NCBI GenBank assembly: GCA_026396675.1
Contig: JAPLWI010000014.1
Location: 376 to 64,375 of the forward strand
Direction of reading: 5' to 3'
Source: Candidatus Kaiserbacteria bacterium
GTDB lineage: Bacteria; Patescibacteriota; Minisyncoccia; Phycocordibacterales; Phycocordibacteraceae
DNA: 64,000 nt
Made by a program: the position numbers and the translations under genes. This document shows, piece by piece, positions 8,747 to 17,373 of this stretch (its first letter is position 1; each line of letters starts with the position of its first letter). The notes under the pieces are model-generated. The model was not told the origin of the DNA and did not search any database. It saw only the letters and a list, made by a program, of their open reading frames with translations.

Positions 8747-9550
8747 TCAAGTGAGTTCAGCGAATATCGGGTGATGATCGGAACCGTAACGATCAGAAAT
8801 AACTTCTGTATTTTTAATTGAAAATGAGTTCGAAACGAGAATATGATCAAGTTGACTTCGCGAAAGCGGATGGGTGATTCTGCCGGAGAGTGCATTCGTC
8901 AACTCGTATTCTACAAAATGTTTTTCAATAACAGTACGCTCACGATGATGAAAAAAAACATCGCTGAAGCGGCCGCCGAGAAGCCAATTGATTGGCGTAA
9001 TATGCAGTTTTTCTAGAATATTAAAATCACCGCAGACGATAGTCGGTAATTGTGGGTCTTTTTGAAGCATTGCATATTTAAACTCTTCTTTACGAATGTT
9101 CGGGTGCATTAGTGGTAGGTGGAGATTAAAAACACGTACACAGCCATACCCTGGTATATTAGTGTCGACACAAAGTGCGTGACGGTTTCCTAATCCTTTC
9201 ACCCAGATTTGTAAATCTTGAAGGCCATACATTATTCGTGCAACGAAACGACTACGCAACGGTAATGTGGGTTCATAGTGTTTCAACGGTATGGCGTTTG
9301 ATCGAATTATTGGATATTTAGAAAGGGTTGCGTTAAAAATAGTCGTATGTTTACCGCGAGAAATTAAATTGCTTTCGGACGCATATGTTAAGTGATGTAG
9401 CGACGTCTTCAGCCGTTCTAGAAATTCTTTAGAAACTTCCTGCAGACAAAAAATATCAAAATCGCTCTGTTCGATAAATTCAAATGCGCGATCAAGATCG
9501 CGGTTACTATATAGCATATTCCAAGAGTAGATTTTCATATTCTGTGCCAT
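8747..9550 (-). CDS. Endonuclease/exonuclease/phosphatase (EEP) family protein
   Basis: YSWNM, DIFCLQEV, GDFNIL and SDHHPI motifs characteristic of the EEP fold. Confidence 0.7.
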   Translation of the reverse strand: MAQNMKIYSWNMLYSNRDLDRAFEFIEQSDFDIFCLQEVSKEFLERLKTSLHHLTYASESNLISRGKHTTIFNATLSKYPIIRSNAIPLKHYEPTLPLRSRFVARIMYGLQDLQIWVKGLGNRHALCVDTNIPGYGCVRVFNLHLPLMHPNIRKEEFKYAMLQKDPQLPTIVCGDFNILEKLHITPINWLLGGRFSDVFFHHRERTVIEKHFVEYELTNALSGRITHPLSRSQLDHILVSNSFSIKNTEVISDRYGSDHHPIFAELT

Positions 9551-10389
9551 GCGCCGAATTCTTCGCGGACGAGTCCACGCAGTTCGAGCGCGACGAGTGC
9601 TGTTAGTGCCTCACCGGCTCCAGCATCACTTTCTCGTAAGATCTCATCGCGTGTTTTTGGCTCTTCAAGCATATTCCAAATCACGAGTTCAGCATTTTCT
9701 AAGTCAGTCGGTGCCGCTGTCGTGCCTATTTCGCGCGGCGGAATGTGAAGCGCCTCAAGAATGTGAAGCGGTTCGCAGACGAGCGCGGCGCCAAGACGGA
9801 CGAAGAGGTGCGGACCGAAGGAGTGCGGATCGCCAATACGATGGGGAATACAGAGCAGGTCGCGATTATATTCACTCGCGAGGCGCGCAGTGATCAGCGT
9901 GCCGGATTTCTCACCTGCCTCAATAACCAGTACCGCATCTGCGAGCCCTACCATCAGGCGATTACGTTCGGGGAAGTAGTGTATATGTGAGGCCTGGTCA
10001 GGCGCATATTCAGAAATGAATCCGCCGCCTTTTTCTAAAATTTCTTTTGCGAATGCGCGATTGCTTCTCGGATACAAAACATCGTCACCGAGGCCGGAGC
10101 CCGGCACGACGAGTGTATGAAGCCCAGCATCAAGCGCCGCCTTATGTGCGCAAGTATCAACTCCGAGTGCGAGTCCGCTCACAATAGATATCGGATAACC
10201 AGCGAGACCAGAAATAAGTTTTTGACACGCCTCCTGTCCGTAGCGCGTCATCGCTCGGCTCCCGACAACCGTTAAAAATTTCGTTCCTGCTGGCGGCAAC
10301 GTACCGCGCGCCCACAGCTTCTTCGGCTGTTGCGGTATTTCCAATAATTGTTTCGGCCACTCCTTTTTCGGCAGTTCTCGAATTTCCAT
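9535..10389 (-). CDS. dprA: DNA processing protein DprA (Smf)
   Basis: Rossmann-like DprA core (LTVVGSRAMTRYG, GLALGVDTCAHKAAL, VLVIEAGEKSGTLITAR). Confidence 0.85.
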   Translation of the reverse strand: MEIRELPKKEWPKQLLEIPQQPKKLWARGTLPPAGTKFLTVVGSRAMTRYGQEACQKLISGLAGYPISIVSGLALGVDTCAHKAALDAGLHTLVVPGSGLGDDVLYPRSNRAFAKEILEKGGGFISEYAPDQASHIHYFPERNRLMVGLADAVLVIEAGEKSGTLITARLASEYNRDLLCIPHRIGDPHSFGPHLFVRLGAALVCEPLHILEALHIPPREIGTTAAPTDLENAELVIWNMLEEPKTRDEILRESDAGAGEALTALVALELRGLVREEFGAWHRI

Positions 10390-10419
10390 TTATGTATTAT
10401 AAAGCAAAAATTTTAGGTA

Positions 10420-10447
10420 TTGACTTTTGGTGAAGTTAGGTATAAAT
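10420..10447 (+). promoter_or_regulatory. Sigma70-like promoter (TTGACT, 15-16 nt spacer, TATAAAT) for the small ORF upstream of serS
   Basis: Consensus-like -35 and -10 hexamers. A GGAGG RBS 7 nt before the ATG at 10485. Confidence 0.35.
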
Positions 10448-10484
10448 TGCGTGCAGAAGTTATTTCAAGAACATGGAGGTTTGA

Positions 10485-10739
10485 ATGGTTATTAAAAAAG
10501 AAATTCCTATCAAGTGTAAAGGACGAAATCTTTTTCGTGCAGAAGTCCTTGCAGAAGCACAGAATATAGATGTAATTATTCTTGCCTCCAAAGGAGGGGA
10601 TAGTATCTCCATCAGCGTCAAATGTCCTCACAGTGTTGGAAACCCCAATCAGATGTGTGCTGCCTCGTTGCCTTTGAATAAAAAAATAGGTACGAGCATT
10701 CCGTGTGCATTTTGTCTCGATCTTTGCCCATCATATTAA
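10485..10739 (+). CDS. Small Cys-rich hypothetical protein (84 aa); an alternative reading is a leader/attenuator peptide of serS
   Basis: Promoter, strong RBS (GGAGG) and a downstream terminator. Several Cys residues (CKGR, CPHS, CAAS, CAFCLDLC). Confidence 0.35.
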   Translation: MVIKKEIPIKCKGRNLFRAEVLAEAQNIDVIILASKGGDSISISVKCPHSVGNPNQMCAASLPLNKKIGTSIPCAFCLDLCPSY

Positions 10740-10741
10740 AT

Positions 10742-10798
10742 CGCCCGCCGCAGAAGCTGCCAACCGGCACACTTCTCGGTGGGCGGTTTCTGTTTTTA
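10742..10798 (+). terminator. Rho-independent terminator-like hairpin directly upstream of serS
   Basis: CGCCCGCC...GGTGGGCGG stem followed by TTTCTGTTTTT. The 3' half GGGCGGTTTCTGTTTTTATACA recurs at 23141-23186 (minus) and, less exactly, at 39664-39686. Confidence 0.45.
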
Positions 10799-10836
10799 TA
10801 CACAAAATGACATGGCGGGTGATATACTAAACCGGT

Positions 10837-12105
10837 ATGCTCGACATTAAATTTATTCGGGAGAACGCTGACATCGTGAAAGCGGGCGCGGTAAAGAAAC
10901 ATATTGAAGTAGATATTGATAAACTGCTTGCAGTTGATGATGAACGCAAACGAATTCGTCAAGAACTTGACGCGAAACGCGCGGAGCAGATTCGCAGAAG
11001 TAATGAAATGCCGCGCATGAAAGATTTAGAACGCGAGAAATTGCTTGATGCTATGCAACAGCTAAAAGCTGGTATGGCTGAAGAAGAAGAGCGATTAAAG
11101 AAAGTGATGATTGAGTGGCAGCAGTTGATGCTCACCGTGCCGAACATCCCAGACATGTCTGTGCCAGACGGCGAGAGCGACGCCGATAATCTGGAAGTTA
11201 AGAAATATGGCACTGCAACAGAATTTTCATTCACGCCGAAAAACCATGTTGATCTGACGGAAGCGCTTGATATTGCTGATTTCCAGCGCGGTTCGAAAGT
11301 CGCCGGATTCCGCGGCTATTTCTTAAAGGGCGACGGAGTACTGCTCGCGAATGCCGTGTGGCAATTAGCGCTTAAACATTTTTCTGCAAAAGAAATGACT
11401 CTTATGAGCGTGCCGTCCCTCGTGCGCCGCGAATCATTTATGGGTACCGGCTACTTACCGCAGGGCGAAGAAGATCTGTATAAAACGCAAGACGGTGAAT
11501 TTCTCGCCGGCACCGCTGAAGTTGCGACGATGGGATATCACATGAACGAAACGCTTGACGCAGATACATTCCCAATAAAATTTCTTTCGTTCTCGCCGTG
11601 CTTTCGTCGCGAGGCCGGTGCTCACGGGAAGGATGTCTGCGGTCTCATTCGCGTGCACGAATTTTTCAAATGGGAGCAAGTCATTCTCTGTAAGGCGGAA
11701 CACGACGAGTCAGTTCGTCTGCACGAGTGGATAAATCGCAACACAGAAGAATTTGTTGAGCTTCTGAAGATTCCATATCACACGGTCGCGAATTGCGGTG
11801 GCGATCTCGGTCTAGGACAAGTTAAGAAATATGATATTGAGCTCTGGGTTCCGGGAGAAAATAAATATCGCGAAATAAGTTCGGCATCATATTTCCACGA
11901 TTTCCAAACGCGTCGGCTTAATATCCGCTACCGCGATAATGAAGGGAATATGCGTTTTCCCCATTCCCTTAATTCCACGGCCATTCCAACGCCGCGGATA
12001 CTAGTTTCTATAATTGAGAATTATCAACAAGCGGACGGTACGATTAAAGTGCCCGACGCTCTCGTGCCGTATGTCGGGAAGAATTTCATCGGCGGAGCGA
12101 AGTAG
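10837..12105 (+). CDS. serS: Seryl-tRNA synthetase
   Basis: N-terminal coiled-coil arm. Class-II core motifs (FRREAG, GLIRVHEF, SNCGGDLG). Confidence 0.95.
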   Translation: MLDIKFIRENADIVKAGAVKKHIEVDIDKLLAVDDERKRIRQELDAKRAEQIRRSNEMPRMKDLEREKLLDAMQQLKAGMAEEEERLKKVMIEWQQLMLTVPNIPDMSVPDGESDADNLEVKKYGTATEFSFTPKNHVDLTEALDIADFQRGSKVAGFRGYFLKGDGVLLANAVWQLALKHFSAKEMTLMSVPSLVRRESFMGTGYLPQGEEDLYKTQDGEFLAGTAEVATMGYHMNETLDADTFPIKFLSFSPCFRREAGAHGKDVCGLIRVHEFFKWEQVILCKAEHDESVRLHEWINRNTEEFVELLKIPYHTVANCGGDLGLGQVKKYDIELWVPGENKYREISSASYFHDFQTRRLNIRYRDNEGNMRFPHSLNSTAIPTPRILVSIIENYQQADGTIKVPDALVPYVGKNFIGGAK

Positions 12106-12907
12106 CTTGCCCGGTAAGGGCACAGGGCTCGCTGCGCGACGACGCCGAAGGCGTCGTCGCTGGGTTATCGCATTTGCCATACTACTCTTGTTCATGCTTG
12201 CTGCGGCTGTGTACGGTCTCCAACAAAATGCCGTGCGTATTTCTGAAGTAAAGATATTCGGTTCAGGGCAATCACTCTCGACTGCAGTTCTTGCAGAGAT
12301 GCAAGGAAAATATTTCGGCATCGTGCCGCGCAATTCCATATTCTTTTTCCCCGCCTCAAAAATTCGCGCCAATCTACTTAAAGAAAATATAGATCTGGTC
12401 GCTGTTTCAATCTTTCGAAATGGACTTACTGGGCTTTCGATTAAAGTGGACTATCGCGTTCCAATTGCGCGTTGGTGCGGTTCGACACCGGACATCACGA
12501 GGTTGAACCTCGTGTCAGATTGTTACCTTTTTGACACAAAAGGATTTATTTTTGGTACAACCAGTGCGATGTCTCCCATAAATTCTTTTTTCGTGTACGA
12601 ATCAGTACCGCAGGCGGATTCTCCAATCGGTTTAACACTTCCAAATGCGGAAAAACTTCCTGCCGCTTTTAATTTCGCACGGCAACTCCAATCGTTCGGC
12701 TCGCCGGTTTCTTCAATCGTTTTCCGTGCGGATGAAGTTGACGATTATATCGCAAGCGGTACGCGCGTCACCTATCTGCTCGGCGATGAACAAAATGCGT
12801 TTACCGCTCTTATTTCTGCGCGCGACGATCTAAATCTCTCTGACGGTTCGATTCAATACGTTGACCTGCGATTCAATGGGAAGGTGTATCTAAAAAAGAA
12901 AGAATGA
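12071..12907 (+). CDS. ftsQ: Cell division protein FtsQ/DivIB-like (POTRA domain)
   Basis: Arg-rich cytoplasmic tail, single TM segment, and a POTRA-like region ending YRVPIARW (compare E. coli FtsQ YVPIARW). The start is uncertain: ATG at 12071 overlaps serS by 35 nt, and an in-frame TTG sits at 12107. Confidence 0.6.
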   Translation: MSGRISSAERSSLPGKGTGLAARRRRRRRRWVIAFAILLLFMLAAAVYGLQQNAVRISEVKIFGSGQSLSTAVLAEMQGKYFGIVPRNSIFFFPASKIRANLLKENIDLVAVSIFRNGLTGLSIKVDYRVPIARWCGSTPDITRLNLVSDCYLFDTKGFIFGTTSAMSPINSFFVYESVPQADSPIGLTLPNAEKLPAAFNFARQLQSFGSPVSSIVFRADEVDDYIASGTRVTYLLGDEQNAFTALISARDDLNLSDGSIQYVDLRFNGKVYLKKKE

Positions 12908-13902
12908 CATCATTTTGGAATCAATTGCCGAAACCATTTTTTGCGATGGCGCCGATGAAAGATGTGACCGACGTAGCATTCCGCACCGTCGTTGCTCGGC
13001 GCGGGAAACCAGATGTGTTTTGGACAGAATTTGTGTCGGCAGATGGTCTTTCCCATGCTGTGCCTTCGCTTTTACGAGATTTACAATTCAATAAAGAAGA
13101 ACACCCTATCGTTGCGCAGATATTCTCTAGCAAGCCGGAGATGATTGCATACGCGACGAAACTAGTTGCGCAGTTGGGATTTGACGGAGTTGACCTCAAT
13201 ATGGGATGTCCAGACCGTGCAATTGAGAAGCAGGGCGCGGGTGCCGCGCTGATGAAAAATCCTAAACTCGCTGTTGAAATCATCAGAGCGGCAAAAGAGG
13301 CAAGCGATTTACCAGTGTCGGTTAAAACGCGTGTTGGCTACAGTAAAGAGTCACTAGACGAGTGGTTGCCAATTCTTCTTGAAGCAGAACCAGCCGCGAT
13401 TACGATTCACCTGCGTACACGAAAAGAATTGTCGCTCGTTCCAGCCGATTGGGAATTGATGAAAAAGGCAGTAGCAATCCGTAATCGCATCAATCCGAAC
13501 GTGTTACTCATCGGCAATGGCGATGTTGGAAGTTTAGAAGAAGGGAGGCGGCTTGCCGCAGAGACCGGATGCGATGGAATAATGATTGGTCGCGCAGTAT
13601 TCGGCAATCCGTGGGTATTCGAGCGCATTTCAGGACTTCGTAAATCCTCCTCTGAATTTGGATTTACGAAGTCCCAACATTCCGAACATGGGCTAGATGA
13701 AAAATTAGAAGCGCTTCTCGAACTCGCCCAAGAATTTGAAAAAATAACTCCGCCCAAAAACTTTTCAATTCTCAAAAAACACATCAAAGCATTCGTCACC
13801 GGTTTCTCCGGCGCCGCCGAACTGCGTGCGAAATTGATGATGGCGAATAACGCTACTGAACTGAAGGGATTGATAGAAATGGAAAAGGGCGCTCATCAAT
13901 AA
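12904..13902 (+). CDS. dus: tRNA-dihydrouridine synthase (Dus family)
   Basis: TIM-barrel Dus motifs (MAPMKDVTDVAFR, DLNMGCPDRAIEKQGAGAALM). Confidence 0.8.
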   Translation: MTSFWNQLPKPFFAMAPMKDVTDVAFRTVVARRGKPDVFWTEFVSADGLSHAVPSLLRDLQFNKEEHPIVAQIFSSKPEMIAYATKLVAQLGFDGVDLNMGCPDRAIEKQGAGAALMKNPKLAVEIIRAAKEASDLPVSVKTRVGYSKESLDEWLPILLEAEPAAITIHLRTRKELSLVPADWELMKKAVAIRNRINPNVLLIGNGDVGSLEEGRRLAAETGCDGIMIGRAVFGNPWVFERISGLRKSSSEFGFTKSQHSEHGLDEKLEALLELAQEFEKITPPKNFSILKKHIKAFVTGFSGAAELRAKLMMANNATELKGLIEMEKGAHQ

Positions 13903-13925
13903 GCGCCCCTTATTCGCATACTCGG

Positions 13926-14216
13926 CTACAAGACGATCTCTACTGTGTCGGCCTCAACGAGAGCAAAGAAAAGTTCTTCTTTTAATATTCTGTGGGCGAT
14001 TCTTACTTCTTCCTCATCACATCCTCGCAGGATGATGCCTGGTCTCTCACCGAGATGGTGCGGCTTAATGCCGCTCAAGAAAGGCAGGTCTGGAAAATAA
14101 AAGAATCTTGGCACGATTCCGACTCCAGTGAGATGCATCTCTACTTGTTTGCTCTCATCCTCAGGAAATTTTCCTCCAACAACAAGAACGATTATCATGT
14201 TTATCACCTCCTCCAA
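13926..14216 (-). CDS. Hypothetical small protein
   Basis: 96-aa ORF in the dus-dnaX gap. No confidently recognised domain. Confidence 0.3.
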   Translation of the reverse strand: MEEVINMIIVLVVGGKFPEDESKQVEMHLTGVGIVPRFFYFPDLPFLSGIKPHHLGERPGIILRGCDEEEVRIAHRILKEELFFALVEADTVEIVL

Positions 14217-14304
14217 AGATTCAAATCTGTCGGCATGATTACATATTGAATAGCATTTGTCAAATTAACTACCTTCTACAACCTGTACACTGTATACTTT
14301 CACC

Positions 14305-15399
14305 ATGGCGCATCAGTCACTCTACCGAATACACAGGCCAGCGACATTCGCGGAGGTGGTAGGGCAGGAGCAGGTAACAAAGCCGCTAGAAGAAGCGGTG
14401 AAGACAAACAAGATCGGACACGCATATCTCTTTGCCGGCACGCGAGGGTTAGGGAAGACCAGTGTCGCGCGCATTTTCGCGAGTGCAATCGGTTGTACCG
14501 AACGCGATTTATATGAAGTTGACGCCGCGAGCAATAACAGCGTTGAGGATATCCGTGTGCTCACGGAAGGTGTTTATACATTGCCATTTCAATCGCCCTA
14601 CAAAGTTTACATCCTTGATGAAGTGCACATGCTCTCTAAGTCAGCGTGGAATGCATTTCTTAAAACGCTTGAAGAGCCGCCCGCGCACGCAGTCTTCATC
14701 CTCGCGACAACTGAATTGGAAAAAGTTCCGGAAACAGTTCAATCGCGTTGTCAGGTTTTTGAATTCAAGAAGCCGACGCGAGCCGTGCTCGCTAAGATGA
14801 CCGCGGCGGTCGCGAAGAAAGAAGGGTACACGCTCGCGCCAGACGCAGCCGACCTCGTCGCGATGCTAGCTGAAGGTTCATATCGCGATGCGCTGTCTGT
14901 TTTGCAGAAAGTACTTTCTGTTTCTGAAGATTGCAGTCATAAACAAAATTATGAAACCCACAAAAAAGGTGGAGAAGGGTCAGGAGTTTATCCAAGAAAA
15001 AGCGAGTTGACGCGAGAAGACGTGGAGAACATGACAGGAGCTCCGCGCCGCGAACAAGTGTATTCACTCATTTCTGCACTAGCAGAAGGCGACAGAGGAG
15101 CTTCTTTAACAGCGATTGAAAAAACTGCACAATCAAGCGCCGACATGAAGCTCTTTTTGGAACTTGTGCTTGAAGCTCTGCGCGCGACGCTTCTTATTCG
15201 CTACGCGCCCGACCTCCGCGCCTCGCTCCTCGCAGAGCTGGGCGCGGACGAATTCGCCGCGCTTGAAAAATTTGCCGCAGGCAGAGGCATCACGCACACA
15301 ACAATGCTTGCATTCCTTACCGCCGCCGAACGCATCCGCTATGCGCCAATTCCTGCACTTCCGCTTGAACTTGCGGTCTTGGAACTCTTTCCTGAATAA
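14305..15399 (+). CDS. dnaX: DNA polymerase III subunit gamma/tau (short form)
   Basis: AAA+ clamp-loader motifs (HAYLFAGTRGLGKTSVARI, YKVYILDEVHML, SRCQVF). Confidence 0.9.
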   Translation: MAHQSLYRIHRPATFAEVVGQEQVTKPLEEAVKTNKIGHAYLFAGTRGLGKTSVARIFASAIGCTERDLYEVDAASNNSVEDIRVLTEGVYTLPFQSPYKVYILDEVHMLSKSAWNAFLKTLEEPPAHAVFILATTELEKVPETVQSRCQVFEFKKPTRAVLAKMTAAVAKKEGYTLAPDAADLVAMLAEGSYRDALSVLQKVLSVSEDCSHKQNYETHKKGGEGSGVYPRKSELTREDVENMTGAPRREQVYSLISALAEGDRGASLTAIEKTAQSSADMKLFLELVLEALRATLLIRYAPDLRASLLAELGADEFAALEKFAAGRGITHTTMLAFLTAAERIRYAPIPALPLELAVLELFPE

Positions 15400-15425
15400 A
15401 AACAACTGTGGTATTGTTCTCTCAT

Positions 15426-15498
15426 TGGGGAGTGGTGTAATTGGTAACACGCCTGCCTTTGGAGCAGGAGACTCTAGGATCGTCCCCTAGCTCCCCAG
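15426..15498 (+). tRNA. Candidate tRNA-Gln (anticodon TTG) with an atypical T-loop
   Basis: Acceptor TGGGGAG/CTCCCCA, D-loop AATTGGTA, anticodon stem CCTGC/GCAGG with loop CTTTGGA (U33 present). T-stem CTAGG/CCTAG but T-loop ATCGTCC (A54/U58 rather than the usual T54/A58). Confidence 0.45.
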
Positions 15499-15590
15499 CA
15501 ACTGAGCAAGAGCGAAGGCGCACTGAGCTCAGCAGAGCGAATGTGCTAACTTGAGATAGGTTCGGATTCCGAGTACCATATATCTCACAT

Positions 15591-16172
15591 ATGATTGGAA
15601 AATTATTCAAAGCCCATGGAGTGTTCTGGGAACCACAGAACACCATGTACGGGGAAACGTTCCTGGGCGATAATCCTTTCTGCTCAAACGAAACGTGCAG
15701 GTCGCTCTTGACTCAAGCCAACTTAGGATCTGACAAAACAGGACATTACATATACGGATGGCTTTGCACGAATTGTGGCAAAGAGTACCCGTGTCCTGGA
15801 AATGATTACCAAGAATTGGCAAGGAAGGTGAATCGAATATACGAAGGCTACAAAAGGTTGAATTATCAGGTTTATTCATTAGACCTCCCACCAACCAAAG
15901 TTAAGGAGGATGCGGAGGATGAGAACTATTGGGTTCAGGCAAGAATAAGTGAAAAGAACGGAAAGAGAATGGCAGTTGTGTATTTTGGTGAGAGAGTGAA
16001 GGGGAAGCAAACCCAAGAAGACTATGTTCAGGTATTTTTGGATTTCGAGGACGAACAGCTCCGTTTTGACAAAACAAACAAGAATCCAATGAAGTTATTA
16101 GGCAAACTAACTGCTGAGTTCCCAGAATCGAGCGTCACTTTGGAGTCTAAGAAGTCCAAGAAAAACGACTAG
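15591..16172 (+). CDS. Hypothetical protein with a zinc-ribbon-like CxxC...CxxC motif
   Basis: CSNETC and CTNCGKEYPC motifs. Lower-GC region downstream of the candidate tRNA. Confidence 0.45.
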   Translation: MIGKLFKAHGVFWEPQNTMYGETFLGDNPFCSNETCRSLLTQANLGSDKTGHYIYGWLCTNCGKEYPCPGNDYQELARKVNRIYEGYKRLNYQVYSLDLPPTKVKEDAEDENYWVQARISEKNGKRMAVVYFGERVKGKQTQEDYVQVFLDFEDEQLRFDKTNKNPMKLLGKLTAEFPESSVTLESKKSKKND

Positions 16173-16286
16173 TCCGAGGTGCGTCACCTTGAATCTGAGG
16201 AAATCGCTGGGAAACCTTTGTGGTGCCTCACGGTACAATGTTCGAAATCGAGGAGGCCAGCCACGTAATCGGGTTATACTAATCTG

Positions 16287-16526
16287 ATGAACAAATCATT
16301 TATAGAAATTCTTGGATGGTACGGGATGGCGGCTATCGTCCTCGCGTACGCACTCGTGAGTTTCTCTTTTCTCGCGACCAATTCGATATGGTACCAACTG
16401 TTGAATGGCACAGGAGCCGTTGGAATAGTCGTTGTTTCTTTAGATAAAAAGGCCTACCAGCCCGGCGTGCTGAATATTATCTGGGCGTTGATTGCCGTAA
16501 TTGCGATCTTCAACATTTTGCGTTAA
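16287..16526 (+). CDS. Small membrane protein (2 TM)
   Basis: 79 aa with two hydrophobic helices. Confidence 0.35.
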   Translation: MNKSFIEILGWYGMAAIVLAYALVSFSFLATNSIWYQLLNGTGAVGIVVVSLDKKAYQPGVLNIIWALIAVIAIFNILR

Positions 16527-16731
16527 GCCCGTAAGGTGTCACCTCGCGCAGGTTGTAGAGCATCATTGAAAACCAGATTAGAAAAGAGCCGAGGCCTACG
16601 ATAAAGAAAGTGGCGGCAATTTGAAAATAAATTTGTGCGGGTGGGCCGCCTATCCAGATGAACGTAAGGATTAAACTAGCACATCCGACAAGACAGACGA
16701 GGAATACGCGAAAAATTGCTTTTTCAATCAT
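16510..16731 (-). CDS. Small membrane protein (2 TM), convergent with the previous one
   Basis: ORF trimmed to the internal Met (MIEKAIF) to avoid overlapping the hydrolase gene. Two hydrophobic helices. Confidence 0.3.
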   Translation of the reverse strand: MIEKAIFRVFLVCLVGCASLILTFIWIGGPPAQIYFQIAATFFIVGLGSFLIWFSMMLYNLREVTPYGLNAKC

Positions 16732-16785
16732 ATAAGTAAGAACAGCATTTCCCCGAAGGAGGTTACTGGATACTTGCGTTAGGCA

Positions 16786-17373
16786 TTGTATAATCACCCA
16801 ATGAGGAAGCGAATTATTATTGTTCACGGATGGGACGAGTCGCTCAGTGATTGTGATTGGGAAGGGTGGGCTACAGAAGCGTTCCGTGCGAAAGGATACG
16901 AAGTGATTACTCCAGAAATGCCCGATACAGAGAATCCAGTTATTGAAAAATGGGTGAATCATTTAAAATCAGTTACAGGAGCGGTAGATAAAGACACTTA
17001 TTTCATCGGGCACAGCATCGGTTGCCAGACGATTATGCGTTTTCTTGAAACGGTTGATACGAAAGTCGGTGGGGCGATATTTGTCGCCGGATGGTTTAAT
17101 TTAAAAAATCTAGAAAGCAAAGAAGAGGAAGAAGTAGCAAAACCGTGGATTGAAACGCCGATTGATTTTGCAAAAGTAAAAAAGAATCTTGTTCATTCTG
17201 TCGCCGTTCTCGGAGACAACGATCCATTCGTCCCATACAAAGAGACGAAAAATGACTTTGAAACGCGACTTGGTTCTGAAGTTATTACCATTTCTGGCGC
17301 TGGGCACTTCACTTCTGACGATGGTTTTAAGTCATTCCCGCAATTAATTGAGATTTTTGAGGGTCATTTTTGA
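16786..17373 (+). CDS. Alpha/beta serine hydrolase (RBBP9/YdeN-like)
   Basis: IIVHGW and the GHSIG nucleophile-elbow motif. About 190 aa, typical of the small serine hydrolase family. Confidence 0.65.
   Translation: MYNHPMRKRIIIVHGWDESLSDCDWEGWATEAFRAKGYEVITPEMPDTENPVIEKWVNHLKSVTGAVDKDTYFIGHSIGCQTIMRFLETVDTKVGGAIFVAGWFNLKNLESKEEEEVAKPWIETPIDFAKVKKNLVHSVAVLGDNDPFVPYKETKNDFETRLGSEVITISGAGHFTSDDGFKSFPQLIEIFEGHF

Noticed and set aside
10740-10836. T-box riboswitch upstream of serS
   Set aside because: The conserved T-box sequence (AGGGTGGNACCGCG) and the specifier-loop architecture were not found. Only a generic terminator hairpin is present.
12921-13799. Minus-strand ORFs of 120 and 130 aa inside dus
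   Set aside because: Antisense shadows of a confident Dus reading frame.
15500-15590. SRP RNA (ffs) or other ncRNA adjacent to dnaX
   Set aside because: The conserved SRP domain IV motifs are not visible. Only short palindromes (CTGAGCTCAG) are present.
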